Part shown: positions 1-10,691 of the stretch, piece after piece
How positions within the stretch are numbered: position 1 is the stretch's first letter
Layout of the letters: every line of letters begins with the position of its first letter
Assembly: GCA_903935335.1 (NCBI GenBank)
Contig: CAIZRG010000049.1
Location: forward strand, 51,759 to 115,758
DNA: 64,000 nt
Direction of reading: 5' to 3'
Source of the DNA: Oligoflexia bacterium
GTDB lineage: Bacteria; Bdellovibrionota; UBA1018
Notes under the pieces: model-generated
Databases searched by the model: none
What the model was told of the DNA's origin: nothing
The model's input: only the letters and a program-made list of their open reading frames with translations
Translations under genes and position numbers: made by a program

Positions 1-1370
1 GCAACAAAAAGAAGTAATTTAAAAAGCTTAATCTGTTTTTTAAAAACTTCTATATTCGGAAGCTCAACACCATGGTAAGCAATCCGATAATCATGAAAAT
101 AGACTTTACCTAACCCTTGAGTTGCACCCTGATTAAAAAGAAAATTGTCATCCTTAGGCTCATTCCTTTTTGAGATTTTATTAAACTCTTTAGGATTAAA
201 AAAATAATTTTTCATGAATTTGATAATGAGCGCCATATTGACATGAACAGTGCCTTCCAGTTTTGGAAGCGCGCGGATATCTCGACACACTGTCTCAAAT
301 TGCATATTCTTTTCAAATCCCTTGGCAGCAATAATATCCCATAAATCATTAACAACTTCTTCACCCTGAGTTGTTACCTTCATTTTGACGATAGAATTAT
401 AAAGAAGATACCGTCGATCTTCAGATGAAGCTGAGCGCATATAATCTGCTGCTCTCAAACTAAAAAGTTTCATAGCTACAAGTCTTGCATAAGCATCCAC
501 AAAAAGCTGCTGGACATGAGGAAAATCAGTCACCTGACGACCAAAGAGCCGTCGGCTTGAAGCATGATCAATCGCCTCGTAAAAGGCATGAGTACACATC
601 CCAATAGATGCCCACCCTAGATTAAACTTACAGATATTTACGGTATTTAAAGCAGAATCCCAGGCTTCTTGACCCATTGAAATAATGTCTTTTTTTTCAA
701 TTGGATACGCATCTAAAACATACTCAGCCACATAATTTTGAGAATTAACAATATTCTGAATGCATTTGTAATTTTTATGATGAGAATCTACTGCGAAAAA
801 AACATATTCATTTGTGTTTGAGAACTTTCCAAAAGTTGAAACAACTACTGCTTCATTCCCATTTCCAATATAGTACTTTTTCCCACTCGCTTTATAGGTT
901 CCATCGCTCTGAGGTTCAAGAGACATCTCAGACGAGTACAAATCAGCTCCATGTTCTTTCTCAGAAAGTCCAAAAGCAAAAATATTGCCTTCTTTCAAGA
1001 GCTTTGCAACACGTTGCTTAAGCTCTTCATTCTGACTCATCCAGATCGGCCCCAATCCTAGCATTGAAACCTGCCAAGTATACCAATAATTTAAGCCGTA
1101 GAACCCTAGAATTTCATTAAACTCGCAGATCCTCCATGTATCCCACCTTGAATGCACATCCCCTAACCCTGCTGGAGTGAGGAGAGTTGAAAAAATATTT
1201 TCTTCTTTGATAAACTTAAGAAAATCGGCATACCAAAGACGATCATGATCGTCTCTTTTTAATCGAGATTTCCCTCGAGATTCAAAAAAGGCAACCGTTT
1301 TAAGCATAATTTCTTTAGAAACACCTTCTGCATACTCCCGATCCAGCTGCTTAGGGTTCAATAAAATCAT
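1..1370 (-). CDS. Acyl-CoA dehydrogenase family protein, 5' partial in window (start ATG at 1370, runs off the window start)
   Basis: Manual minus-strand translation MILLNPKQLDREYAEGV...GLSEKEHGADLYS...ASIGMCTHAFYEAIDHASSRRLFGRQV, typical ACAD motifs. Not in the ORF track because the stop lies outside the window. Confidence 0.75.
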   Translation of the reverse strand, partial: MILLNPKQLDREYAEGVSKEIMLKTVAFFESRGKSRLKRDDHDRLWYADFLKFIKEENIFSTLLTPAGLGDVHSRWDTWRICEFNEILGFYGLNYWYTWQVSMLGLGPIWMSQNEELKQRVAKLLKEGNIFAFGLSEKEHGADLYSSEMSLEPQSDGTYKASGKKYYIGNGNEAVVVSTFGKFSNTNEYVFFAVDSHHKNYKCIQNIVNSQNYVAEYVLDAYPIEKKDIISMGQEAWDSALNTVNICKFNLGWASIGMCTHAFYEAIDHASSRRLFGRQVTDFPHVQQLFVDAYARLVAMKLFSLRAADYMRSASSEDRRYLLYNSIVKMKVTTQGEEVVNDLWDIIAAKGFEKNMQFETVCRDIRALPKLEGTVHVNMALIIKFMKNYFFNPKEFNKISKRNEPKDDNFLFNQGATQGLGKVYFHDYRIAYHGVELPNIEVFKKQIKLFKLLLFV

Positions 1371-1389
1371 GCCGCCTCTCCTTTAACTC

Positions 1390-3306
1390 TTATTTCAAAG
1401 AGTCAATCATAAGACTGGTAATTTTTTTAGAATACTTGACTAGATCATCAATAGCGGAGCCTTCATTCAGAAGTGCTTGCTGATAAAGCAACTCTGAAAA
1501 CTCTTCCTGCTTGGATTTGGGTGCCTCGAGCATCGCCTCAAAAACAGGATGTGAAGGATTAATTTCAAAAATTCTTTTATTCTGAGGAACAGCTTGACCC
1601 ATTGACTTTAATATCCTCTCCATTTGAGCCGTTGCACCTTCCCCTGATGAAACTAAACAAACCGGAGAATCAGTCAGACGAGTGGATAACCTAATATCTT
1701 GAACTTGATCTTTTAAGGTATTTTTCATTGAATCAACCAGGGGTTTTAGCTTCACTTCAAATACCTTGAGCTGATCTTCTTCAGCTTTTTTTTCTTCGTC
1801 TGTGTTCAGATCTAAGCTCTCTGATAAAACCGACTGCAAAGGCAGTTTTTCATATTCGGTCAACCTAGACACTACCCATCCATCTACTTTATCAGTCATC
1901 AAAAGTACTTCAAACCCTTTGCTGCGAACCTTTTCAAGGTATGGACTATTTTGAGCTTGCTGCAAAGTTTCTCCAGTCATCAAGTAAATAGCCTTTTGCC
2001 CTGGCTTCATCCGATGAACATACTCCCCTAAAGTTGTTAAGTTCTCTGACGTGGTAGAACGAAACAAGAGTAATTCTTGAAGCTTAGAGTAGCCTCCTGA
2101 CTCAGAAAGGACTCCTTCCTTCAATGTTTGACCAAAATTCAACCAAATCTTCTCATAAGAAACCCGGTCCGTATCTAAGATTTCTTTGAGTGAACTTAAA
2201 ATTTTATTTGTAAGAGCTTTATGAATTCGAATAATCTGCCGGTCTTTTTGCAAAATCTCCCTTGAGACATTTAAAGATAAATCATCGCTATCCACTATCC
2301 CTCGAACAAATCTCAAATAAGGCGGCAGGAGCTCCTCACAATCCCCCTGAATGAACACTCTTTTAACATAAAGATTGAGACCCGATTTTCGATCTTTAAA
2401 ATCATAATCAAAGGGTTTTTGAGATGGAATATACAAAATAGATACAAATTCAATGGATCCTTCTGCTTTGTAATGAATCGTTTTTGCCGGATCAGCCCAA
2501 TCATGAGTGACATGTTTATAAAAATCAGAGTACTCTTGAGGAGTTAAATCTGAAGGAGATCTTAGCCAAAGCGCTTTTTGAGAATTTAAAGTCTCATCTT
2601 CTTCAGCTGAGCTGTCTTCTGTGGGTTTTCCTTTTTTGGATTTCATTTGAATTGGAGTAGAAATAAAATCAGAATATTTCTTAACTAAGCTTTTTAAAAC
2701 CCAAGGATCACTAAAATCAGAAACTCCTTCTTCATCTTCAAATTTCTTAAGGTGTAAGGTAATCGTTGTCCCGCGACCTTGTACTCGGGGGGTTTCTTCA
2801 ATACTATAACTGCCACTTCCATCTGACTCCCAAAGCACTCCCTGATGAACACCACCCTTGGAAGTATGAAGGGTCACTCGATCTGCGACCATGAAAGCTG
2901 AGTAAAAACCAACTCCAAACTGACCAATCAGGTCTGTACTTGCTTTATTTTCTTGTTTTAATTTTAAAAATGCCTTAGTTCCAGACCGAGCAATGGTTCC
3001 AATATTTTGAACCACTTCTTCATAGGACATCCCAATTCCATTATCTGAAATGGTTAAAGTCCTTGCCTCAGCGTTGGGACTCAGACGTATTTCGTAATTC
3101 TCTCCGCCTTGGATTAAGGAACTATCCGTTAAACTTTCAAATTTGAGCTTTTCGATGGCATCCGAAGCATTTGATAAGAGTTCCCTTAAAAAAATCTCGC
3201 GATGAGAGTACAACGAGTGGATCATTAAATCGAGAAGCTCTTGAGTTTCTGCTTGAAATGTTTTTTGGATTTTTGTCATCATGAATACATCCTCACTGAA
3301 ATACAT
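1390..3306 (-). CDS. htpG: Hsp90-family chaperone HtpG
   Basis: 638 aa. N-terminal HATPase motifs (HSLYSHREIFLRELLSNASDAIEKL, DNGIGM) and full-length Hsp90 architecture. True start may be the internal MMTKIQ. Confidence 0.93.
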   Translation of the reverse strand: MYFSEDVFMMTKIQKTFQAETQELLDLMIHSLYSHREIFLRELLSNASDAIEKLKFESLTDSSLIQGGENYEIRLSPNAEARTLTISDNGIGMSYEEVVQNIGTIARSGTKAFLKLKQENKASTDLIGQFGVGFYSAFMVADRVTLHTSKGGVHQGVLWESDGSGSYSIEETPRVQGRGTTITLHLKKFEDEEGVSDFSDPWVLKSLVKKYSDFISTPIQMKSKKGKPTEDSSAEEDETLNSQKALWLRSPSDLTPQEYSDFYKHVTHDWADPAKTIHYKAEGSIEFVSILYIPSQKPFDYDFKDRKSGLNLYVKRVFIQGDCEELLPPYLRFVRGIVDSDDLSLNVSREILQKDRQIIRIHKALTNKILSSLKEILDTDRVSYEKIWLNFGQTLKEGVLSESGGYSKLQELLLFRSTTSENLTTLGEYVHRMKPGQKAIYLMTGETLQQAQNSPYLEKVRSKGFEVLLMTDKVDGWVVSRLTEYEKLPLQSVLSESLDLNTDEEKKAEEDQLKVFEVKLKPLVDSMKNTLKDQVQDIRLSTRLTDSPVCLVSSGEGATAQMERILKSMGQAVPQNKRIFEINPSHPVFEAMLEAPKSKQEEFSELLYQQALLNEGSAIDDLVKYSKKITSLMIDSLK

Positions 3307-3385
3307 CTTTGACTCACTACAAAAGGTTAATTTGGATATTTATAGCCAATTGTCAAGAGCTTGCTTTTGATGCTATAGCTCTCTT

Positions 3386-4117
3386 GTGACATCAGCTGGA
3401 TTTTCTAAAAATTCAATTTTAATTCCATGGCACACCTGTTTTCGTGAATCTATTCAATTGATTCGAAAACATCCATTGAGCTTTTCCATTTTTTTATTTG
3501 CCTTTTTTTTGACTTCTTTTTTGGGACAACTTGTCGATTTTGATTGGAACACTGTCACCCCACTTGAGCTTTGGTACTCGATTAGCCTCAGCTTAAGCAT
3601 CTGGTGTGTTTCCTACTTTATATTTGTTGTTTTAATCTTATGGATCAAGAATCAGTCAAAAAACACTGTGCCCACCTCATTCTTGAAGATCCTCCAAGAA
3701 ACAACTGTTTTACTACTCCCCTTGACCCTTCTCTCCATTCGAGGAGCCTTCATCTCTGTGTTTGGCTTTCTCTTGTTCATCGTTCCGGGGCTTTACTTTT
3801 CATTCAAGTACCAGCTTGCTGCAGTTTGCTTAATCCTTGAGGGCTGGAAAACAGGAGCTTCTCCGCTGATTGCAGCAGAACAACTGATTTCGGGTTACAA
3901 ACTCAAGCTTTTTTGGTTAGCCGCTTTGATGCTCACAACAGGTCTCATTCCGTGGTCAATTGAAGTATTTGTAAAATTTACCCAATCCGAAATACTCCCA
4001 GGTATAAGGATAGGCCTTGCACTTTTGGATGCTAGCATGACAGCTTCTTCTCAAATTTATTTCGCTGTAATGATCCTATCCCTCCTCCGAACCTTGGAAG
4101 AGGTTCCAAAAAAATGA
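3386..4117 (+). CDS. Multi-pass membrane protein, function unknown
   Basis: 243 aa with several hydrophobic segments. No recognisable motif. Confidence 0.45.
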   Translation: MTSAGFSKNSILIPWHTCFRESIQLIRKHPLSFSIFLFAFFLTSFLGQLVDFDWNTVTPLELWYSISLSLSIWCVSYFIFVVLILWIKNQSKNTVPTSFLKILQETTVLLLPLTLLSIRGAFISVFGFLLFIVPGLYFSFKYQLAAVCLILEGWKTGASPLIAAEQLISGYKLKLFWLAALMLTTGLIPWSIEVFVKFTQSEILPGIRIGLALLDASMTASSQIYFAVMILSLLRTLEEVPKK

Positions 4118-4125
4118 ACTATTTT

Positions 4126-7026
4126 TTAGCTGATCAACGTTAGAATATCTTCTTTCGTCATTGAGGTAAACAACTCAGTGCCCTCTAAAATCCCAGCCGC
4201 AATTTGAGCTTTTGCCTTCTGTAGAGAAAGAACTCTTTCTTCTAGGGTATCCTGAGCAACAAGTCGATAAACAAAAACAGGATTTCGTTGACCAATGCGA
4301 TGAGCCCGATCAGCGGCTTGATTTTCAACAGCAGGGTTCCACCATGGATCCATCAAGTAGATATGATCAGCTGCTGTCAGGTTTAATCCTACACCTCCTG
4401 ACTTAAGCGAGATAAGCATTACTGCGGCGGCCGAATTCTTTTGATACTGGTCCACCACTTCCTGACGATTTCTTGTATGACCATCGAGCCTAAGAAATGA
4501 AATTTGCTCTGATTTTAAAGCAGGCTCAATTAAGTCGAGATACGACGTCCATTGAGAAAACACTAAGGCCCGATGGCCCATAGCAATCGCTTTTGTAAGG
4601 CTTTCTAACAAAAGTTCAATTTTCGATGAATTGACCACCTGATATCCAGGAACCAAGGAAGCGTGACAGCAAGCTTGCCTGAGCCTTAATAAAAGTTCAA
4701 GAGCAGCAAATACACCCCCCCCCATTTCAAGCTTTTCAATGACTTCCTTTCTTGATGAGGCTAGAAGAGCATTATAAATCTCTCTTTCCTCAGAAGTCAG
4801 TTCACAAGTCAGTACGGTATCCGTTCTCGGAGGCAACTCAGGAGCAACATCCCCTTTCATTCGCCTTAAGATAAAAGGACTCACCTTCTTTCTCAATCGC
4901 TTCATTGTATTTTCGTTACCCCGAGAAATAAACTGATCCTGAAACTCTTCTAGGGAACCTAAAAACCCAGGGTTCAAAAATTGAAATTGACTCCATAAGT
5001 CAGTCAACTGATTTTCTACAGGGGTTCCACTTAGGGCAACTCGAAAATCACCTTGAAGAGCATGCGCAGTTCGTGCAATTTGACTCTTAGGGTTTTTGAT
5101 CATCTGAGCTTCATCTAGGACAACCATATCCCAATGGCGATCCACGATTTGGCTTCGATCCCGTCGTAATAATGCATAGGTTGTCAAAATAATATCAGCC
5201 TTTAAATTAAGTCGCCGCTCTTGCCCATGATAAACACAATACGTCAAGCTAGGTCGAAATTGCTCAATTTGTTGAACCCAACTATATAAAACACTGGTGG
5301 GAACAATAATTAAAGCTTGCCCTTGAATTGCACATAAAACCTGAAGAGTTTTGCCCAACCCCATATCATCAGCAAGCAAGGCTCCGACTTGAGAACGTTT
5401 TAAAAAGCAAAGCCAATTGACCCCTGTTTTCTGATAACCTCTTAAATCAGCTGATAAATCCTTTGGAAGCTCTACATCCTCAATCGTCTCAACTTGCTCT
5501 AAGGACTCCTGTAGTTTTCTAAGCGGGTTAGGATAGGAGATACCAAGCTCTTCACAAAAAGAGGCAAGCTCGGGTAAATTGCAAGCTGCAATTTTACCTT
5601 CTGAATCTTGAGCGTTTACGAGTGCAAGAATCCGATCCCCATACCGTGCTAACCAATCCTGAGGTAAGGGTGCCCAGCCTCCTCCTAAAAGTGACACAAA
5701 CTCTTGATTCTCACGCCATGCTTGAATCACTTTCTGAGCACTGACTGACCGATTTGAGTTTCCAGAACTAAATTCAATTTGAAATGAGTTTTCATAAAAA
5801 TGGATCTTAGGTTTAAGAGCCTCGTTCAATGAAAAAGATGCCAATCCATCACCTTGAACCTGCCAACCCTTCAAATGACTCACAAACTCGACAGCCGAAT
5901 CCCCTCTGAACTCCACTTTTTGCCCTGGATTGAGCTGGAGTTCGCTTTGCAGTTTCCTCTGGAGAAGACCTTCTGCGACTTTATCCTCAACAAGAATTTC
6001 TCTATGTCCCGACTTTCCCTGGAAATAAACGATTTTTGGAAGTACCTCAAGCCTTTGGCCTTGATCCAAGGCTGTTAACTCAAGAACAATCTGAGGTGCT
6101 TGCCAAATCACTTTGGGTAAATTTTTAGACTGATTGTCAATAGATATTTTTTTTTCTAATGCAGGAATCACTTGAGTCACAAGATTGGGTAGCTCCTCTA
6201 CAGAGAAATACCTTCCATCCCCCTGAAGCCAAGGAATCTCTGTGAAACTCAATGCTGAAACTTCAACTGCCCTAAGAACATTCCCACAAAGCACAGCTCC
6301 ATTCAAAAATCTTTCAGTCACTGAAACATCATCCATTGCCTGAAGTCTTACTCCAGACTTTTCATCAACAATGCGAACCTTCACCGAGTACAGCTTTGAA
6401 GATACTCCAACCCGCTGACCCTCTAACTGAATCTCAGAACACCCTGCTAAAGCCTTGAATAAAGGAACGAGTACCCTTGGCTCTAAAACTCCATGAGAAC
6501 TATTCTGAAGAGCACTATCCACGGCATAATCATCCCGAGTTGCAGTTAAAGGAAAGGAAGAAATTCTCCCTGAACTAATCCCGCCAAAAAAACCCACCAA
6601 AGATTGTAATAAAATCTCTTCTCGACCATCGCTTTGAACAATCCATCGATCTAAATAAAGCCGTCCTGCCCGACGTGTAAAACGATAAACCACTCGAGCA
6701 GACTTAGATTGTGGAAGTGGAATTTGTTTTTTCCCTTCAGATTCTGATTGAGATTCTGGATGATTTTTCAAAAAAATAATAGCAGCTGCTACATGAGCAC
6801 AAACCTCCTGCTTGAACTCACAATCACAATACCAATCTTCGTCCTGGGGCCACAAAGTGACTTTGACACAGACAGGCTGGCTTGTCGGTCGAACTCTTAA
6901 TAAAAATTCATTTGAAGATTTTTGGTCCAAAAAGACGGATCCCTCTCGACTCAAGGAAACTCCTTTAGACCAAATCCCTGGAAAACATACCCTTTGAATC
7001 ACTGCATATAAATCAAGGAGTTTCAT
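4126..7026 (-). CDS. SNF2-family helicase with N-terminal SWIM zinc finger
   Basis: 966 aa. N-terminal SWIM-like CDCEF..C.H motif. DEAD-like helicase N (LADDMGLGKT, DEAQMIKN) and helicase C (QRNPVFVYRLVAQDTLEE) motifs. Confidence 0.88.
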   Translation of the reverse strand: MKLLDLYAVIQRVCFPGIWSKGVSLSREGSVFLDQKSSNEFLLRVRPTSQPVCVKVTLWPQDEDWYCDCEFKQEVCAHVAAAIIFLKNHPESQSESEGKKQIPLPQSKSARVVYRFTRRAGRLYLDRWIVQSDGREEILLQSLVGFFGGISSGRISSFPLTATRDDYAVDSALQNSSHGVLEPRVLVPLFKALAGCSEIQLEGQRVGVSSKLYSVKVRIVDEKSGVRLQAMDDVSVTERFLNGAVLCGNVLRAVEVSALSFTEIPWLQGDGRYFSVEELPNLVTQVIPALEKKISIDNQSKNLPKVIWQAPQIVLELTALDQGQRLEVLPKIVYFQGKSGHREILVEDKVAEGLLQRKLQSELQLNPGQKVEFRGDSAVEFVSHLKGWQVQGDGLASFSLNEALKPKIHFYENSFQIEFSSGNSNRSVSAQKVIQAWRENQEFVSLLGGGWAPLPQDWLARYGDRILALVNAQDSEGKIAACNLPELASFCEELGISYPNPLRKLQESLEQVETIEDVELPKDLSADLRGYQKTGVNWLCFLKRSQVGALLADDMGLGKTLQVLCAIQGQALIIVPTSVLYSWVQQIEQFRPSLTYCVYHGQERRLNLKADIILTTYALLRRDRSQIVDRHWDMVVLDEAQMIKNPKSQIARTAHALQGDFRVALSGTPVENQLTDLWSQFQFLNPGFLGSLEEFQDQFISRGNENTMKRLRKKVSPFILRRMKGDVAPELPPRTDTVLTCELTSEEREIYNALLASSRKEVIEKLEMGGGVFAALELLLRLRQACCHASLVPGYQVVNSSKIELLLESLTKAIAMGHRALVFSQWTSYLDLIEPALKSEQISFLRLDGHTRNRQEVVDQYQKNSAAAVMLISLKSGGVGLNLTAADHIYLMDPWWNPAVENQAADRAHRIGQRNPVFVYRLVAQDTLEERVLSLQKAKAQIAAGILEGTELFTSMTKEDILTLIS
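4715..4723 (-). repeat. Homopolymeric G9 tract (C9 on the + strand) inside the SNF2 helicase coding sequence
   Basis: Read directly: tacaCCCCCCCCCattt. Encodes MGGGV in frame. Confidence 0.9.
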
Positions 7027-7077
7027 GCGATTTTAACCCAAAGATATCTGTTCTAGATACCTAAATTAACCTTTCTT

Positions 7078-9612
7078 TTAGAAATTTTTATACACTAATT
7101 CAGTTAGCGCCGTCTGCCGCTTCCTATGATCGATTTGTTTAACTGCCATGGAGAGCGCTTTTCGACTTCCAACAAAAACACAAATTTTCTTAGCCCGAGT
7201 CAAACCTGTGTAAATTAAATTTCTAAATAACATTTTAAAATGCTGAGTTGAGACAGGGATAATCACTGCTCCAAACTCACTGCCTTGCGATTTATGAATC
7301 GTAATTCCATAAGCTAAAGAAATTTCCACTAAATCTTCTCTTTCATAAACAACTTGAGTTAAACCGCTGAATTGGATAATACACTGCTGAGCTTCTAAAT
7401 CTATTTTAATAATTTTTCCAATATCTCCATTATAGACATTCAAATGATAGTTATTCTTAGTTTGAATAACACGATCACCTTCTCTAAAAATTCGATCACC
7501 GAACTTAATTTCTTTTACTCCTTCTCTCTCAGGGTTGGTTTCGTTTTGGATCAATCGATTCAGATTGATTGCCCCCAATGACCCTCGTACTTGAGGTGTT
7601 AAAACTTGAATTTCTACATCTTGTCCAAAATATTTTGGAATAGTTTTAGTATACAACCTAAGAATCATGTCTAGAGCCGAAAAACCATACAAAAGAGTAG
7701 ACCAAGGATGAACCCCCTGAAGAACGGACTTGAGTTCATCTATTTCATTTTTGGCTTGATGAAGATTTAAAAGATCTATGTATTTAAATTTTTCTGGAAT
7801 TAAAAAAATAGGCCGATCTATCTCTGCTTGGTCTGCGAACTCTTGATTGAAGAGCTTTTCAATTTTGAGTTCATCATTTCTAAGACTCATCAGACCTGTA
7901 GACTCATCTCCCGTTTGAATGATTTGCTCTTCTCCTGAATCAAGAGTTTTCTGAATGGCCAACTTGGCTCTTCTTAAAAAATGAATTTGCTCCTGAGTTG
8001 CTTCTTCCGCATCGATAAAGATGCAATCCGCTTTTTCTTTCCATAACTGGGGTCGACGAATGGGAGAATCAATTTGAGGAACTCTTCCTTGATTGATCTC
8101 ATGAGCATACCGGATAATGAGTGATTCTTTCGCCTGTCGAAATACTTGTGTAAGATAAAAAGAAGGTACAGAAGGGCTTTTTAGTAAATCATAAAGAACA
8201 CAACCTGCTCCAACCGATGGCAATTGGTCTGGATCTCCAATAAAAAGAACTTGTGCATCTAAAGGGATCGCCTTAAAGAGGCAAGCCGCTAACTGAATAT
8301 CCAGCATGGAACACTCGTCAATGACAATAAAATCTGCTTTGAGTGGGTCTTCTTCTCTTTTTTTAAATCCTCCTTTTACAGCATCTAGTTCTAACAACCG
8401 ATGAATCGTTTTAGCCTCAAAACCAATGACCTCAGCCATACGCTGTGCTGCTCGACCTGTAGGCGCGGCTAGAATCACTTTTTGATTCATTGCTTTGAGT
8501 AACCGAACAAGGACTTTGGTTGTCGTTGTTTTTCCACAGCCAGGCCCCCCAGTCAGAATTGAAAAAGAGCACCCTGCAATTCCAAGGACTGCATTTTTTT
8601 GATCAACGCTCAACTTGATTTGATTTTTTAGGCAATAGTGATCAACCCATACTTCCATTTTCTTAAAGTGAACTTCAATTTTTTTAGCAACGTATTGATT
8701 GACTCGAGAAGCTACATAAGCTTCATCAAAATAAAGTGACTGAGAATAATAAGCAACTTTGACACTTTCATCTTTGTCTGTCCATGAACGGGTTTTTATC
8801 TCTTTTTTTTCTAAGAGCAAACTCAAAATGTTTTGAATTTTTTCAGGATCAACCCTTCCAAGAAGTTTTGTTGAATTTTCAATAATCTGATCTTTTGTCA
8901 GATAACAATGACCTTCCTCACGGGAAGCTGCTAAAACATGCCTCAGCCCTGCTTCAATCCTGGCTGCACCATTTTCCTCAAAGCCCATTTTTAATGCGAT
9001 TTTATCTGCAGAAAAAAACCCAATTCCATAAATATCTTTTGCTAATTGATAGGGATTTTCAGAAACTATTGCAATCGAGTTATTTCCATAAGTTTTGTAA
9101 ATTTTAACAGCAAACAAAGTGCTTACGCCATAGTTTTGCAGAAAAAGCATGACTTCTCGAATTGCCTTATGATCTTGCCAAGAGTTTTTAATATCTAAAA
9201 GTTTTTTCTCAGCAATACCAGGAACTTTTAAAAGATCACTGATTCGATCTTCAAATACTTCCAAAGTCTTATCTTGAAAGAACTGAACAATCCTTGAAGC
9301 TGTCTTTGGACCCACCCCCTTTATGAGACCCGAGCCTAAGTATTTTTCAATAGCTGCACTTGAAGCTGGTTTTTTCTCAATCGCACTCTCAGCTCTAAAT
9401 TGTTCTCCATATTTGGGGTGATGACACCAATTCCCCAAAAATTCCATAGAACTCCCAGCAAAAACTTCGGCTTGATGAATCACAACCGTAACCAACTTAT
9501 GAGGCTCATGAAATGGGGAAATCTTTAAAACAGACCATCCGTTTTGAGCATTGTGAAATGTAACTCTTTCAACAACTCCAGCAAGACGAATAACCTCGTG
9601 TTGAGATGACAT
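7078..9612 (-). CDS. recD2: RecD2-like ATP-dependent DNA helicase
   Basis: 844 aa. Walker A GGPGCGKTT, N-terminal HhH-like region, C-terminal SH3-like region, AAA_30/UvrD_C-like layout. Confidence 0.85.
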   Translation of the reverse strand: MSSQHEVIRLAGVVERVTFHNAQNGWSVLKISPFHEPHKLVTVVIHQAEVFAGSSMEFLGNWCHHPKYGEQFRAESAIEKKPASSAAIEKYLGSGLIKGVGPKTASRIVQFFQDKTLEVFEDRISDLLKVPGIAEKKLLDIKNSWQDHKAIREVMLFLQNYGVSTLFAVKIYKTYGNNSIAIVSENPYQLAKDIYGIGFFSADKIALKMGFEENGAARIEAGLRHVLAASREEGHCYLTKDQIIENSTKLLGRVDPEKIQNILSLLLEKKEIKTRSWTDKDESVKVAYYSQSLYFDEAYVASRVNQYVAKKIEVHFKKMEVWVDHYCLKNQIKLSVDQKNAVLGIAGCSFSILTGGPGCGKTTTTKVLVRLLKAMNQKVILAAPTGRAAQRMAEVIGFEAKTIHRLLELDAVKGGFKKREEDPLKADFIVIDECSMLDIQLAACLFKAIPLDAQVLFIGDPDQLPSVGAGCVLYDLLKSPSVPSFYLTQVFRQAKESLIIRYAHEINQGRVPQIDSPIRRPQLWKEKADCIFIDAEEATQEQIHFLRRAKLAIQKTLDSGEEQIIQTGDESTGLMSLRNDELKIEKLFNQEFADQAEIDRPIFLIPEKFKYIDLLNLHQAKNEIDELKSVLQGVHPWSTLLYGFSALDMILRLYTKTIPKYFGQDVEIQVLTPQVRGSLGAINLNRLIQNETNPEREGVKEIKFGDRIFREGDRVIQTKNNYHLNVYNGDIGKIIKIDLEAQQCIIQFSGLTQVVYEREDLVEISLAYGITIHKSQGSEFGAVIIPVSTQHFKMLFRNLIYTGLTRAKKICVFVGSRKALSMAVKQIDHRKRQTALTELVYKNF

Positions 9613-9638
9613 TTTTTAAAAACTCGATTAGGTCTAAG

Positions 9639-10655
9639 TCAGTTTTTTTGAACTCTTACGTAATCTCTTAGAAATGCTTCCTTGTCATCACGATAAGAAC
9701 TAATAAAACCTAATTTAATTAATAAAAAAATAAATAACCAAGGGATATCTAATTGATAGGGTAAAAACCCACTCCTCACTCCATGAGGCAAAAGATGATG
9801 ATTATTATGCCATTCACCAGCCACATAGCCTGGCCAAACTCGATTTACTGATAAATCAGCTCGATTAAAATCAATTCCTTCTCGCCTTAAATCCTTCCCG
9901 CCCCCATGTCCATCATAATTAAAAGTTCGGACACCCACTGCCCAGACTCCTGCAAATCCAAACAAAGCTGTAACTAAAGGCATCCCCCCTAAAGTATAGA
10001 AACAGGCAAACCAGAACAACCAATTCAGAAGAAAATGAGTCACGGTGTAAAATGGATGACAAAGAGTTCCCCATTTAAGATATTGCTCAAAAGTATTCAC
10101 CCTCACACCTGTGTTATTCATGAGTTTGCAAAGTTGCTTATACTCTTTTTGAGAAAGGTCTCTTCTAATCCCCTGATGGTTGATATCAGCTAAAAAGCAA
10201 TAGAGCCAGCCTCCATGCACATTATAGGGATCTCCAGGTTTTTCAGAAAAACGATGATGCACATGGTGTGAAATAATATAGGTCTCATCAGGAATAATTT
10301 TGATCGCTAAATTTCTGCAAATTTCTCTGACAAATGAATTTTTAAACTGAAAAGCCCTATGAGTGCAATATCTATGAAACCAGAAGGTTCCATAGCTTCC
10401 TAATCCAACCATGCTATAAAAGAATCCAAGCACAAGCAAATGCCATGAAAAATAATGAGTGAAAAAATAATACAAGGGAATACTAAAACTTAAAGTGACA
10501 GACCAGCTCAATAAAGAAAGCCAGTTTTTTTTAGATTTAAAAATATTTAATTTTCGAAAAGACTCCGATAGAATTTCTATTTTTTTAGGAACATAAAGAC
10601 CGCCATTGCGTAAAAAGCCATAACTAGGTGGTTCTAAAACTCTCTCTAAAAACAT
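9639..10655 (-). CDS. Fatty acid hydroxylase / sterol desaturase superfamily membrane protein
   Basis: 338 aa. Histidine boxes HHVHHRF and WHNNHHLLP. Multiple TM segments. Confidence 0.75.
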   Translation of the reverse strand: MFLERVLEPPSYGFLRNGGLYVPKKIEILSESFRKLNIFKSKKNWLSLLSWSVTLSFSIPLYYFFTHYFSWHLLVLGFFYSMVGLGSYGTFWFHRYCTHRAFQFKNSFVREICRNLAIKIIPDETYIISHHVHHRFSEKPGDPYNVHGGWLYCFLADINHQGIRRDLSQKEYKQLCKLMNNTGVRVNTFEQYLKWGTLCHPFYTVTHFLLNWLFWFACFYTLGGMPLVTALFGFAGVWAVGVRTFNYDGHGGGKDLRREGIDFNRADLSVNRVWPGYVAGEWHNNHHLLPHGVRSGFLPYQLDIPWLFIFLLIKLGFISSYRDDKEAFLRDYVRVQKN

Positions 10656-10691
10656 GGAATCACCTCTTTCTACTCTCTGTTATGTTAGCCC

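Noticed and set aside
812-1021. 69-aa plus-strand ORF
   Set aside because: Lies antisense inside the clearly coding acyl-CoA dehydrogenase gene on the minus strand. Low-complexity translation.
2313-2513. 66-aa minus-strand ORF inside htpG
   Set aside because: Out-of-frame ORF nested in the htpG coding sequence. An artefact of AT-rich sequence.
3307-3385. Possible sigma70-like -35 (TTGACA at 3351..3356, minus orientation) upstream of htpG. Also considered a CIRCE/HrcA element.
   Set aside because: No convincing -10 hexamer at 16-18 bp spacing. No TTAGCACTC-N9-GAGTGCTAA CIRCE element. Too weak to call.
3604-3840. 78-aa plus-strand ORF
   Set aside because: Alternate frame nested within the 3386..4117 membrane-protein ORF. 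No independent support.
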